A DNA stretch of 64,000 nucleotides from the human T2T-CHM13v2.0 reference genome, Homo sapiens: NCBI RefSeq assembly GCF_009914755.1, contig NC_060926.1; one strand, 5' to 3'. A program made the translations under genes and the position numbers. Shown here one piece after another: positions 39,869-53,822 of the stretch. The stretch's first letter is position 1, and each line of letters starts with the position of its first letter. The notes below the pieces were generated by a model. It had not been told where the DNA came from. It did not search any database and saw only the letters and a program-made list of their open reading frames with translations.

Positions 39869-40169
39869 GTGGAGTGCAACAGCTCATGCCTGTAATCCCA
39901 ACACTTCAGGAGGCTGAGGCGGGCAGATTGCTTAAGCGCAGGAGTTCAAGACCAGCCTGGGCAACATGGTGAAAACCCATCTCTACAAACAATACAAAAA
40001 TTAGCTGGGCATGTTGGCACTTGCCTGTCCCAGATACTCAGGAGGCTGAGGTAGGAGGATTGCTTGGGCCCAAGAGGTTGAGGCTATAGTGAACTTTGAT
40101 CATGGCACTGCTCTCCAGCCTGCGTGATGGAGTGAGACCTTGTCTCAAAAAAAAAAAAAAAAAAAAAAA
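39869..40169 (+). mobile_element. AluJ(b)
   Basis: Two monomers, long A tail, TSD aaaaatgtgcaaat / aaaaaggcgcaaat. Confidence 0.92.
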
Positions 40170-40666
40170 GGCGCAAATAACTACTAATAGCCTACTGTTG
40201 ACCAAAAGCCTTATCAATAACATAAAGACTGAACACATATTTTGTATATTATACATTTTCTATACTGTATTCTTACAATAAAGTAAGCTAAAGAAAATAT
40301 TACTAAGAAAATCATAAGGAAAAGAAAATATATTTACAGTAGCGTACTGTATTTATCTATACTATGACTCTATACCATCTGTTTACAAGATGAATTGTTT
40401 GTCTGACATGTGGCAGTTGCAGCTGGAGACCTCAAACTATGGTCCATATGTAGCAGTTCAATGGTTTCTTATAATGTCTTGACTTTTCTCTGGTTCTTAG
40501 AGCACTTCCAGAATCACTAGTTGACATGGGGTTTTGGTATTGCACTAAATACAATGACAAATACATGAGAACCAAGAGAGATCACTTTTTGCCATGATAT
40601 GCAATTGCAGTAAAAAGATTGGAGAGATGAAATGCTCACACAGAGATGATTGGCATTGCACAGCAT

Positions 40667-40982
<316 letters not shown>

Positions 40983-42939
40983 TAAGTGGATACTAGGAAT
41001 ACTTGAGCTCACCACAATAGCAGCAGGAAGTGGCTGTTTAATTATTACAATAGTACAGTATGTATACAGTTAATTTTACAGTTAATACTGCATCTTTACA
41101 CTTGTTTGCATTTTTCTTGACTGCCAATGGCACCATGTATGGTCTGTGTTTGTGTGTGTATGTTTTGATACATTTTACCTTTTTATAATAGGTTTGTGTA
41201 TATTTATTTTAAAAAATATTTCTAGGCTTTGTGGTTCACCTGTGAGTTTTTTCAAATTGTCACAAATCTCCAAAAAATTTCACTGTATATTTATTGAAAA
41301 AAAATCTGTGTATAATTGGACCCATGCATTTCAAGCCCATATTGTTCAAGGTTATCTGTATAATCTTTCAAATAATCCATCTCTCTTCTGCAGAACTGAA
41401 ATACTGACTTTGTCATATATTAGATTTTCATACATAGTAAGATCTATTTCTGTACTTGGTTCTCTTGATATTTTTTCTATTGCCATTCCAACACCATATT
41501 GATTTTAAATATAATAGCTTTATAGTTCAGTCTGATATCTAGCAAAGCAGATTCTCCTGACTTTTCTTCTCAGACATGTATTCTTCCAAAACCATGTTAA
41601 AATAATTTAATACAATTCCATTTTTTTGTGTGTGAGTTTTACCATGTGGCTAAATTTATTTCTAAATATATTATAATTTTAGTCCTTACCTTGAAAGGAA
41701 ATAATTTGCTATTTCCATTTCTAGGTGCTTATTGAATAAAGAGATTACAGCTATTAATTTTTATTATATTTACTTTCAATCCAATGAGTTAACCATATTT
41801 AAACTAGCAGATTTTTTATTAGAGATTATTTCTAAGAATGTAGCTATGAAATGTGTAAAGGAATACAGTTTTCATTCTACTTTTCCAGTATTTATAGTTG
41901 CCATTTCATTTTCACGTCTTATTACCTTTACTAGAACCTTCAACATATTGTAGGATAATAATAGTGGCATTATTATTTCCAGAATTTAATTGCAAGGATT
42001 TCTGTGTTTTGTTTGCCAGCACATTTGCTGTTTTTTTTCTGTTGTTATATATACTCTATTATACTTAATTGGTTTCCATCTATTCTGTTGTACATAGAGT
42101 TTTTATTGAAAATGAGTATTGAACTTTTCAAGCACAAATGCAAGATCTTTTGCTTTGGCCATGTGACTTTTCTACTTTAATTTGAAGTTATGTCACACTG
42201 TATTATGTTGATATATTTCCTGATATTGAACTACTCTGGCACTTCAGAAATTGCCTCATTTAGTATAATGTATCTTTAAAGACATTTCTTTATTCTATTT
42301 GTTAATATTTTCTTTAGAATGTATCTTAACTCATAAATGATATTTGTCTATAGTTTTCCTAGGTCTAGTATTTTTATAAGATTTTGGTATTAAAGTTATG
42401 CTGGCTTAACCTTTTGTATGGTATGACATAATCTAAATAATATTGGCATTACACACATTTTTTAGGATTACATAAAGCTTAGCTGTATTCTTGTCTGTTT
42501 TTAGGACCTTTTTCAATGGTAGGTCTTTAATTGTCTTTCCAATCTCTTACATCATACACTTCATTTTACAGTTTACATTTTGCTAGGCAATAATTTATTT
42601 CCAATTTGTTAGGACAGACATGATGATTATTTTCTTATAAACTTTTATTCACTGACATCTATGGCTATGATTTTTCTCCCTCATTCTTATATAGCTTAGC
42701 TCTCTTTTATTAGTCAAATGAGAGATTTGACTATTTTTATTGGTATTTTAATAAACTTTTTGGGAATATACATACATATATATACACACACATATAAATC
42801 TCTGGTTAATTTTAGCCTTCATTGTTACTTATTTCCTTTTGTATTTTCCTTTTCCCAATTTCTAAAATAAATTTTGCTACTTTATTATATTTATTTTCTA
42901 ATACTAAAGATATTTGAGGATATCCAACTTCCATTTTTT

Positions 42940-43232
<293 letters not shown>

Positions 43233-45503
43233 CAATTTCCATTTTTTCTGTCTCATGTAAATTTTCTATTTTTGCTGTGTCCCACAGGTTTTGATATGAA
43301 GTATATTTCTCTACATAGTTTTCAAGATGGTTTATAATGTCACATTTGCTATCTTCTTTGATACAAGAATTTTCTGGAGTGTATTTTATAATTTCCAAGC
43401 AGTAAACATTTTCATTTTTGTATTTATAATTTTATTAGCTTATTATCAGATAGTTGGCCTGTATAATCTACATGTTTTTAAATTTTGCTAGGGTTTCCTA
43501 TGGAGCTAAGGCATAATTTATCTTTCTAAATGTTTCACAGATATATAAGTACAATGAATATACCTTATTGAAGCAAAGCAGTGGTTTGTATATGGCTATT
43601 ATATCAAGATTAGTGATTGTATTCTTTATATCTTTACGTTCCTATTATTTATCAGAATTGCTCAATTCTGAAAGAATCTTTGTGTTCTGAGGTCTTTTTC
43701 TATAATAGTATTGTTTTATTAAGTTCACCTTACATTTAAGTTTTTGCTTTGTATGTTTAACTGCTTTGGTTTTTGGTGTATACAATTTTATGACTTAAAT
43801 TTTTATTTATGACTTGTAAATTTTTTTTATTACCCAATGTCCCTCTTCATCTGTTTAAGGCTTCTAAACTTAAATTCCACTGTATCTGTTGTAATTTCTC
43901 CACAGTTGTTTTCTTTATATTAGCATTTTTCAAGTATCTTTACTCATCCATTCATTTTTCCCTTTTTTTGTCACTGTAAGTTTTTCTTTTTTTTTAATAA
44001 AAAAACTCCTATTCTCTAACCCAATATGGCAATCTCCAATGGCTTTTGACTACTTTCTAATCCTATTTCTCTTTTTACCATACATTTTAGTGTCAAGTTG
44101 GTATACTTAATTTTATTTCTTATATCTTACTTTAGATCTCTTATTTTATATTGTTATTTCATCACTATCCTATTTAGTATTTTTACTAATTTAAGTTGCT
44201 ATTCTTTCCCTTGTTAATTTAAAAGTTCTCCAGTGCTTTGGCCCTAAATAATACACATATCCCTCACACATTTTGAGAAAATGTGATACCAACTATTTCC
44301 CCTGCTGAGACATACTTTTTCCTTTATCTCTGCCTTTCCCCAATCTGGTAGGTTGTGACCTTAAGAATACTTTCATCTTCTTTCCTCTTCCTCCTTTCCC
44401 CTTCCAGAAATCTCTGGAACACTTTTACCCTTCTCCTCCACTCCTCCCAGCTTCAGGGTTTTACTGAGGATAGTTTGGCAGTTTAGGATTTAGACTAACA
44501 GAATCTACCATGAAATTATCTGCAAAACAAAAATAAGAATATGTAATACGTTTTCTTTAAAGAGCCTATCATTATAAAGGTACATGTGTTCTCACATGTA
44601 TGCATATATTTTTTCTCAATATTTATAAACTTTTCCTACCCTTGATATTATCTTGATTTGCTTTTAATTTAAATAATACTTTTTAACTGTGTAAGTAACA
44701 TCTGAATAAATTCTTACTGTAAAGAATTCAAATAAGAATTCTACAAGAAAGATAAACTCTTACTTGGCCACCCCTCATCCTATTCCCTTCCTTAAAGATA
44801 CTCCCTTAAAGCCACTGTATTAGTATGACATACATTTTTTCCAGACTATTTTCCATGTGCTTACGTATACAGGTATATTTATAAATTATTCATTGTTTTG
44901 CTTTTCTGTGTGAGTGTGTATTTACTATAAATTGTATCACGTAACCTGTATTGCTTTGCAACTTTACTTTTTCACTTAATATATTTTTAAGATATGTTTC
45001 TAGGTCATGAAATATGGTTTAACTTGATACTTTTAAACTTCTAACTTGATAATACTGGATAGCACGGATACAGCATAGGTTTTTTGATGGCCATTTAGGT
45101 TGTTTCTATTAATTTGCTACTTGAAAACAGTGCACAGTGTCTCACATGTCACCCTCTGCACATGAATGACGGTTTCTATAAATATGGATATGTGGAATTG
45201 CTAAGTCAAAGAGTAGATGCTTTTACTACTAAACTGCCACCCAAGAATTGCTGTACTTATTTATAACCTTGCCAGAAACGCATGCGGTTTACATTTTCAA
45301 CATTTGTGTATGAGATTGTTTTTCTCCACCTTTGAGTAGAGGGTACTTCAAAATGTATTATAAAGTCTTATATATTATCATCACACTTTTATTTATGCCA
45401 GTCTATTTGGTGAAAAAAGGTTATCTTGTGTTTTAATATGCTAACTGGCTGGTAGTGAGGTGAGTGTCTTTCATAAGTTCATCAGCCATTTGTGTTTCCT
45501 CTC

Positions 45504-45529
45504 CTGTTAACTGTTAACTGTTAACTGTT
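45504..45529. repeat. (CTGTTAA)x3.7 tandem repeat
   Basis: ctgttaactgttaactgttaactgtt read directly. Confidence 0.9.
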
Positions 45530-46722
45530 TCTACTCTTGTCTTACTTCATTTTAACTCATAAGAAATTCTAATTCATGGAATTACATGCTTCCTGTTTCA
45601 GTCCTTTATTTGTATGTCAAAAACCTTTTCTCCTAGTCTATTGCCTATTTTGCCTAGGTATATAGAATATTTGATCAACCAAAATTTTAAAATTTTGATT
45701 TAGTCAAACAGTCCTTTCCTGTATGACTTCTTGGTTTTATGCCTTGCTTGAGAAAATATCCAATACACTAAAATTAAAACAAAAAGTCTTCAGTGTTTTC
45801 TTCAGTATTTACATAATTTCTTGTACATTTAGGGTATTAACCCATGTAAAATTTATATTTCCTTATGTGAGATAGGGCTCCAATTATTATCATTTTCAAA
45901 TGAATTATCAAATGCACCACAACCATTTATGCATATGTCATCATTCCTTACTGCTACTATTATTGTAAAATAAATTCTCATATAAAAATGGGCCTTTTAG
46001 ACTTCTCCTCCCTCAATCTATTTATTTCTTCTTGGTCCAAACCCATACTGTTCTAATAGCTACAACTTTATAGAATATTTTGAAGTACCACAGGGTAATT
46101 TTTCCACCCCATACTTCTGTGTAGTTCTTTATTTTCAACGCTTACTTGGCTACTGGAGAACATTTCTAACTTCCCAGGTGTATTTTACAATCAGCTTGAC
46201 AAGTCCCATAAAAAATTGTGTTGTATTTTGATTGAAAATGCATTTAATTTTGGATTGGCTCTGGGGAATTAACATTTTTATAACATTGACTTTTCTCATC
46301 TCGTGGAGATATATTTCCACTTATTCATTTCTTCCATTCTTTTCTTATTATGTTTTCCTGTTTCATTCATTTAGATCTTACATATTTCTTATTAGGTTTA
46401 TTGCTATGTAGTTCATATTTTTTATTTATATTATGAATGAAATCTTTTCTCAATTACATTTTCCAATTGGTTGTTACTGATATATAAGAAATATATCGGC
46501 TCTTGCGTGTTTTTCTAATATCAGCGTACCTTGGTGAACTTACTAGCTTTCAAATTTTCAGAAATTCTTCACGGTTTCTTTCTTGCTGATGAAAACCTTC
46601 TTATTCATCAGTAATAAGTATTTAATTTGATATAATGAATTTAGAGGTAAAGTTTCAGAACTGGGACATAAATCTAGGTGAACAGTATAACTTCCTTTCT
46701 TCATATTATTTCATGGTGACTC

Positions 46723-46999
46723 TTTTTTTTTGAGATACAGTCTCACTCTGTCACCTTGGCATGATTTCGGCTCATTGCAGCCTCCGTCTCCTGGGTTCAA
46801 ACGATTCTTGTGCCTCAGCTTCCCGAGTAGCTGGGGTCACAGGCATGACCCACCACGCCCGGCTAATTTTTGTATTTTTAGTAGAGATGGGGTCTCGCGA
46901 TGTTGGCCAGGTTGGTCTCAAACTCCTAACCTCAGGTGATCCACCTGCCTCGGCCTCCCAAAGTGCTGGCATTACAGGTGTGACCCACTATGCCTGGCC
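46723..46999 (-). mobile_element. AluS with a small right-arm deletion
   Basis: TSD tttcatggtgact on both sides; caggctggagtgcag missing after tgtcacc. Confidence 0.92.
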
Positions 47000-47644
47000 T
47001 TTCATGGTGACTTTTAACATTCAATGACTTCTTCCTCCATCCCTCCATCCATTATCCTTTTTCCTCAGCACAAATCAAGCTATAATAGAAAAAAGGATCC
47101 CTGGTTCTTGCCAAATCCTTCATTTTACCTACTGAGACCTAAAGAATTTAAATGACTTGTTTAAAGTCACACAACTTAGCACTCAGAAAGTGGCAGAATT
47201 GGATTAGCTTCAGGAATGGCTTTAGAGTCTCTAACATGTAAGCAGAAATAACAGTGGCTTAACTAAGGCTCTTTTATAAATTGCATATGCTTGTATACAC
47301 TACCCATTTTATTATTCCAGAGAACGATTTGTGTATTTCATTAATTAAGTAAATTCAATTATAAATTAAATATTCGTGTATTTTATGAATGTGAATGAAA
47401 TAGGCAAATTTTCATGCCATGCAAATATTGTATGCTTTCAACTGTATACTTTTAAAAAGTAGGAAATGGGCCATATTTATATTATAAAAATCTACAAGTA
47501 CATACAAAGTGGCTAAAGGAAATTATCAAAATACTTCAGACTATAGGGCAATGAAAAGTAAACCCCAAAAGTGCATTCAGCATTGTGACAGATTAAAGAG
47601 ATGTGGGAAATATGGGGTAAAATAATGATAAAGGAATAATATAA

Positions 47645-47890
47645 TTAAATAGTTATTATTGGTAGTGCAATACATTGTACTAAGTACCTTACATATGCTA
47701 ACTCACTTAACTCTAAAATATACACACACAACAACCAAGAAGTTAGTATTGTTTTTCTCCTTTCAAAGAGGAGATAACTGAAATTTACAGAGATGAAATT
47801 ACTTGGCAAGGTCATGATATTAATGATCAGCAAAGACTGAATTTGATCCCAGGTTATTTCACTCCAAAGCCCTTGTTCTGCCTTTTCTAT
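47645..47890 (-). mobile_element. MIR SINE
   Basis: gtactaagtaccttacatatgctaactcacttaa..gaggagataactga..acttggcaaggtca..tttgatcccagg..actccaaagcc. Confidence 0.75.
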
Positions 47891-48139
47891 ATATATTGTT
47901 TTCCTTAGAATCCAACTAGACAGATATACACATATCATCGCTTTTGGCAATGCTGCATTAGTACGCCAAATCCCAGGATAATATTTTTAAGTATTAACTG
48001 AGCCACAAATGAATCTACTGCCAAAAAGCTGGTCATGTAACTTACTGAACATTTTCCGTGAACACCTTCAAGGACATATTATCATCACCAGTCAAAAAAT
48101 CAAAAGTCATTGTGGAAGAACTCCTGATACAAGCAGCTA

Positions 48140-48355
48140 CATGGCTGATATCAAACATATGTGAAGCAAAATGAGCCAGATACAAAAGAGTATATCTTAC
48201 ATGATTTTGTTTAAACTCTTGAAAAGATAAAGCTAACCCACGGTGACAGAAAGCAGATCTGTGGTTGCCTGGGGCTGAGGACTGAGAAGGATTGATTGGG
48301 AAGAGAAATTAGAGAATCCTTTTGGGGTGGATAAAGGAGGATGTAAATATTCTTC
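48140..48355 (+). mobile_element. L1ME/MC 3' UTR fragment
   Basis: gagccagatacaaaagagta..ggtgacagaaagcagatctgtggttgcctgggg. Confidence 0.7.
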
Positions 48356-49071
48356 AGAAACAGGTCACAACTATATGTAGAATGTGTTTAATGGTTCCTC
48401 TTAACCAGGGTAAAGACTCAGATTCATTAGGAACCTGCTTTGGAGAAGTTAATTTAATATATGTTATGTGGATCTTCAGTGTTTCAGCAGTCTGGTCAGA
48501 GACCAGAAGCAAAATTTAGCTACTGAAAAGAACAGTATGATAGCTTAGTGAACAATCAATTGTGGTAATCCACCCAGATGCAAAAAGGGTACCCAAGAAC
48601 ATCTCACATGTCCTGTCCTGATATAGAATTAAGTCAGCGAGTTATTTTTTTCCTTTTAGAAGTGGACATAACATTGTAATGAGAAGACAGTTTTCCATCT
48701 GAGGCATCAGCTTGCAGATTACCTCTTTCATTTCAGCTTTTCTTGTTTTTATGGCAAATTCTGCTGCAACATTAATGATAACGGCTTTTTGCACTCATAT
48801 CATTATGAGATCTTTACGTTAATTCAAGGATCTCAATGCCTGTCTTGAACAATGTCAAATGTAACAATGAAATATGAGCAAGGCTTATTGGAACACATCT
48901 GTATGCATCTCATGTCCGAAAGTGTATAATGTGTTCTATTTTGAAATTCTGATTTCTTCACAACATAAATATATCTATTATAAAATATGATTTTGAAGAC
49001 ATGATTCTTATCCTCTTCCATTCACTAGTTAGCTATTTGGGAGGGAAAAGCAATCATAAAAAGGAAAAGCC

Positions 49072-49250
49072 TGCTGTGCGTGGTGTGCATGTCTGTAGTC
49101 CCAGCTACTCAGGAAGCTGAGGCAGAAGGGTCACTTGAGCCTAGGAGTTTGAGTCTGTGGTGTGGTATGATCACACCTTTGAATAGTTGCTGCACTCCAG
49201 CCTGGGCAACATAGTGAGACCTTGTCTCCAAAAGATACAATAAAATAAAA
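49072..49250 (+). mobile_element. FAM (fossil Alu monomer)
   Basis: Single monomer with the 7SL-like segment tatgatcacacctttgaatag..tgcactccagcctgggcaacatagtgagacc. Confidence 0.85.
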
Positions 49251-49494
49251 CTTAAAAAGTGAACAGAAAAAGCTAAAAACAACTGTTTTTTTTAAAGATA
49301 TGCACTTTGAATTTACAAAGATGGGTATTCAGGATCTGTCATACTTGGTAAAGATTTAAAAACAGGCCTGAAGCAAAGAAACAATATGAAATAGAAAGTG
49401 TCCGATGCAATGTGAATGAATAAAGGGTAAAAGGGCAGTTATGATGCAGGTGATCATCGTGGATTAAATTTTAATTTGGGATTTTGTAATTAAG

Positions 49495-49662
49495 GGATTA
49501 ATTTCTTAATTAATAGACAGGCTTCGCAGGGTCCCTGAATATCTTGAAGTTACAAGCTAATTTCTCTCTGTATATAGGGAGAAAACCTACTGTCTTTCTC
49601 AGATACTCAAAGGATTCTGTGATCCAGCCATGGCTCCCCCTCTTTTTGAAAGTTAACCACAA
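49495..49662. mobile_element. MER103C-like hAT MITE
   Basis: cagggtccctgaa..ggggagaaa..ctttctcagatactcaaagga..tgtgatcc. Confidence 0.55.
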
Positions 49663-52600
49663 GATTAAATAGATAGCTTAATCCAGGGCATTTCCAACTC
49701 CTGCTTATCTCAGACACTATTCTTGCTGAAACATTCACTCTGAGTCACTTGGTTAAAAGCCCATAAGGATCTACTTAGAGCTAAATATCCCTAGAGAATC
49801 CCCAGAAATACAAATTCCCAGGAAAATCCAACAAGTCAATAATAGAAAATAGAAACTGATTTAATACAGTATATTTTTGGGCCAATATCTCATTCACTCA
49901 GACCACAGTTTCTCAGAAATCAGTGCTGAGCAAACAGATCATTTGTTGCACCTCCCTGTTCCCCTGCCACAGAGATGCAGGTCACAAATCTCACAAGACG
50001 AGAAAGGAAAGAACTTCTGCATTTGTTAGCTTCTAACATTAAGGTACTAGACATTTCAAGAATGGCCCGAGGTCACCTAGTCAGCATGTGGTGCAGAGGG
50101 GATGTGAATCTCAGCCTGCGTGGATCTTAGTGGCCTTTCACTTCTCTCCTACCTCTTTGGTCCACCCGACATGCCTCCTTGGAGTTCAATGATTTAGTCA
50201 GTCCACTCCATCTGAACCATTTCCCAAAGCTGCTCGTTAGACTGAGGGCACATTTCTCATGCCAAGCTCTTTCTATTCCTTAATTCGGGTACATTTCCAA
50301 TTTATTACCCCCATGGCGTAGTAGAAAGGGTACAATGCTGATAATCAGGACTCCTGGAATCGAGCCGCTACTCTTCTCTAAACAGAATGTGCAACCTTGC
50401 AAAAGGCAAGTATCAATCTGAGTGTCCAATAACCAGGGAGGGGGGTAGATTATATGATCTTGAAAGTTGAGATATAATAATATATGATTCTATTATTCCT
50501 TGGCATAAACATGTTTCTAGGGCAAATGATTTGATCATGTTACTAGGTTATTAGATCCATGTCCTTATTCAGGGAAATATCTATTATGCCCACAACAGTG
50601 TTGTCTATAACTCTGATTATTTGGACACCACCCAAATGTATTGAATTTGATTTTTCCAAGGTGTAGCACATTGTCAAGTCCAAACAGACCATTAAATGTC
50701 TTTTAATTGGCTGATTCATTGAACACCACTGCAATATCCTTTCCTTATGTAGGCCTGGGAAAAGTCATGAAGTGACATTTGGAAGTGAGGGCCTAAGCGG
50801 GCAGTGGGTAATTTAAGGCAGGAAGCTTTGGACCGGAGAGAACCCTGGCTAAGAAGAAGCCGCAGCCTCTAGGGGCTCATCTCCCTGTTTGTAAAACAGC
50901 ACTAATACCCTGGGCCTATTGTAAAGATGCAGTGAGATGCCTTCTGCTTGCTAAAAAGGTATAGAACAATCTCAAAGCTTTATCAATGTAACTACAAGGT
51001 ATCTGTTTGGGAAATGGCATATTTGACCACACTGGCCTTCAGCCAACCCAGTTTCATAGAAACACTTTGCTACCTTAGTACAGCACATGTTAACCTGCTA
51101 GAACTGCAGGGACTACTTCTCCTAATGAGACACTCTTGCAAAGATTCTCAGGCTCCTTTTAATTATGTTATTTTACAGAAACTCTGCTGATCCTTCTGCT
51201 TTCCTACTTCTGAGGTAGGAAAGGGCAGAGATTTATCAACCACAGAGTATGGCTGGAGGCAGTGGTGACATGTTTGTGTGGCCTTTCTCCGGTCACCAGT
51301 GAGTCACAGTGGCATCGGCTTCCTATCAGGGTCTGTGACATACAGGGCAATGTCCGTCATTCCAGTGAGACTCCTTGCAGGTGAATGGCCTTCCAAATTT
51401 TTCAGAAAAGCATTTTTTTTCAAGCATTTTTTTTTCTGTTCTTGATTTTGAGATGTTAGGCCGACAGTGATTGACAGAAACTGACCCAGGTAAGACATAC
51501 AAACTGCTTTAAAGGCGGAAAAGTTTGCTAGAAAGCTATTGCATGAAGATGGTTTTATGAACAGGAGACTTGGTAACATTTCCTCGGTCTCTCAAGTTTC
51601 ACAAAAGTGCACTATCATCTCATCTGTCTGGAGATTTCTATTAGGATTTTTGAAAACTTGACCTGAGCTTGTGTGTGCTTGTATATGAGGTAGTAGATGG
51701 AAGTGGGGTGTGTCTTTTTGCCTTTGAATCTGGCCCAACTGTTCTAGTGCAGCCAGGTGTAAGCTATAAACCAGTGGCATTAGGATATGAGAGTATCTTG
51801 CCCTGAGAATCTTTATCTTCATCCCCCTGATCACACTGGGGGCTACTGTGAGCCCAGTCCCAGTGTATTTCTGAGCAGCTGCAGCAGGCCAGGCACAACT
51901 GAAGGTTAACCCCGCTTGCCTCTAGGGTCTGGCCATCCCGGGCTGCACGGGGCTTCAGTGGCCTTCCTGCAGTTCTCTTCCCAAGGAGGCTCAGCCTGTT
52001 CTGGTTTTGCTAAGAGACCCTGGATGCGTCTATTTGCCTCGTTGGTATCTACCCTCCCCTCCCTTCCTTGACCCATGCAGCCAAGATTCAGGACTTCAAA
52101 GACATCCTTCCTTCCTGCAGCCCGACAGGTTAAAGATTTGTTCCCAAGTCTCCTGAAGAGCTGCGTCAGATTGCAAATCACTGGCCAGTTCCAGAAAGCT
52201 GCTCCCAAGTGTTTCAGGGCAGCTCTTAGACCAGTGCACCCTCGTGGTAAGAGAGGTGACAGAACAAAGCCAGAATTGCTTTTCCTTTCTGGAAACACTA
52301 GTCTTTCATGTCAGAGTTTAGGTTACTTAATCTTTTCGTGCCGGGAATAAGATTTCCCTAGTGTGACATCTGCTGATAGCAATGGACAGTCCATGATTTC
52401 CAGCGCCAAGAAATTAATACTCTAATCTGCATAATCAAATCCCCAGGTAAGCATCACCATTCCTTTCTCAGTACTTTCTGTCCCTTGCATTTCCAAATCC
52501 TTCTATTTATCCAAAACTCAGAATGAAAATGTAGTGCTTAATAACAATTTTTACTAGGGGAGTTTTTAGGTTACTATGATAGACATTTACTGCACAAAAT

Positions 52601-53129
52601 TTACTAAATTCAGGATAATCAGGTTTTCTTATGTGTTTGAAATATGATAAAAATATATATCGCCTGAATTTTTCATGCTACAGGGTGCATTTTGTGAATT
52701 TACACTTCAATCACTTAGTCTACTGCAATATAATGTTGATTTATGTTCAGGGTTTGAACCTCTATTCAATGTTGAAATCCTTAAAACAAACTTTAGACAC
52801 AGAGGGCTCTTCACTTTTCCATTAGACTTCTTAATCCAGTTTAACTATATCCTTCTTCAGTTAAAAAGCTAGAAAGAAGTGTTGTTGAAGGTCACAGTGA
52901 CAGAAATTTCAGCCAGCATGACACTCCTGGAGGTTATTGTTTTCCTACAGAGCTGGATGAGTTAATCTGGTATTGTTGCAAGAGGTTGGGAAGGCCAAAC
53001 AAGGCCGAATCAGGGTAAGACAATTTTATAGTCTTACAGCTATAATTAAATCCAGGACCTGGGATCAATGTAAATATAAATCCCAGTATTAGTCCTGAAT
53101 TTAGTTCACAAATTGCTTTTTGGAAACTG

Positions 53130-53431
53130 TTACCCTAGCAAACTCCTATTTATTCTTCAAAGTCAAGGTTAGCTGTGATCACACCCTAGAAGGCTTTCCT
53201 GACACCCAGAATAGTGTTTGTCACTTTTTCCTCTGAGGACCTTGGATGGTATATGTTTCTGTTGCATTTACTACTCTACTGCACAACTGTTTGTTTATAT
53301 TATCTATCTCCTTATTAAATGATGACCTTTTTAAGTCTGAAACTGTGTCTAAACTATCTCTGTGTCCTCAGGAGCTAGTACACTACCAAGGACATAGTGC
53401 TCAATGAATTTTTGTTGAAATAATGAATAAA
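53130..53431 (+). mobile_element. L2 3' end
   Basis: gcaaactcctatttattcttcaa..gctttcctgac..gtgctcaatgaatttttgttgaaataatgaataaa. Confidence 0.75.
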
Positions 53432-53530
53432 GCAATATATTCTGGCTGTCCCATGAATATGATTGTGCAGCATAGTGCCCAGGTGTTCTGAGCACATGCA
53501 CCAAGTTTTAAATTAAACTGCCACCACTTT

Positions 53531-53822
53531 CAGGGCAGAGAAAGAAAAGCAGGTTGCAGGCCAATTCTGGTCCATGGTTGCCTTATTGGGTTTCCTCAGT
53601 GTCATTAAATAGCTGAACTAGGTGTTAGCCAACATTGAAAATTTGAGAGACTACATGCAAAAGTCTGCATTTCTAGCTTCTTAAAATTTTCAAAGCTATG
53701 GCAACATCTAGCTAGCATTTCCATGGGGCCTAACTGGCTGGGGCTGGCTGCAGGGCACACAACTTCCTTTCCTGCTTCCTTCACCTGGCTTAGCCCCTTA
53801 AGGCATCTGATCTCCGAGCATG
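53531..53822. mobile_element. MER102-like hAT element
   Basis: gcaggccaattctggtcca..gccaacattgaaaatttgagaga..atttctagcttc..tggcaaca..ggctggggctg..aggcatctga. Confidence 0.6.

Noticed and set aside
49072-49250. Possible 7SL RNA gene
   Set aside because: Lacks the S domain, is CpG-decayed and A-tailed: a FAM retrocopy
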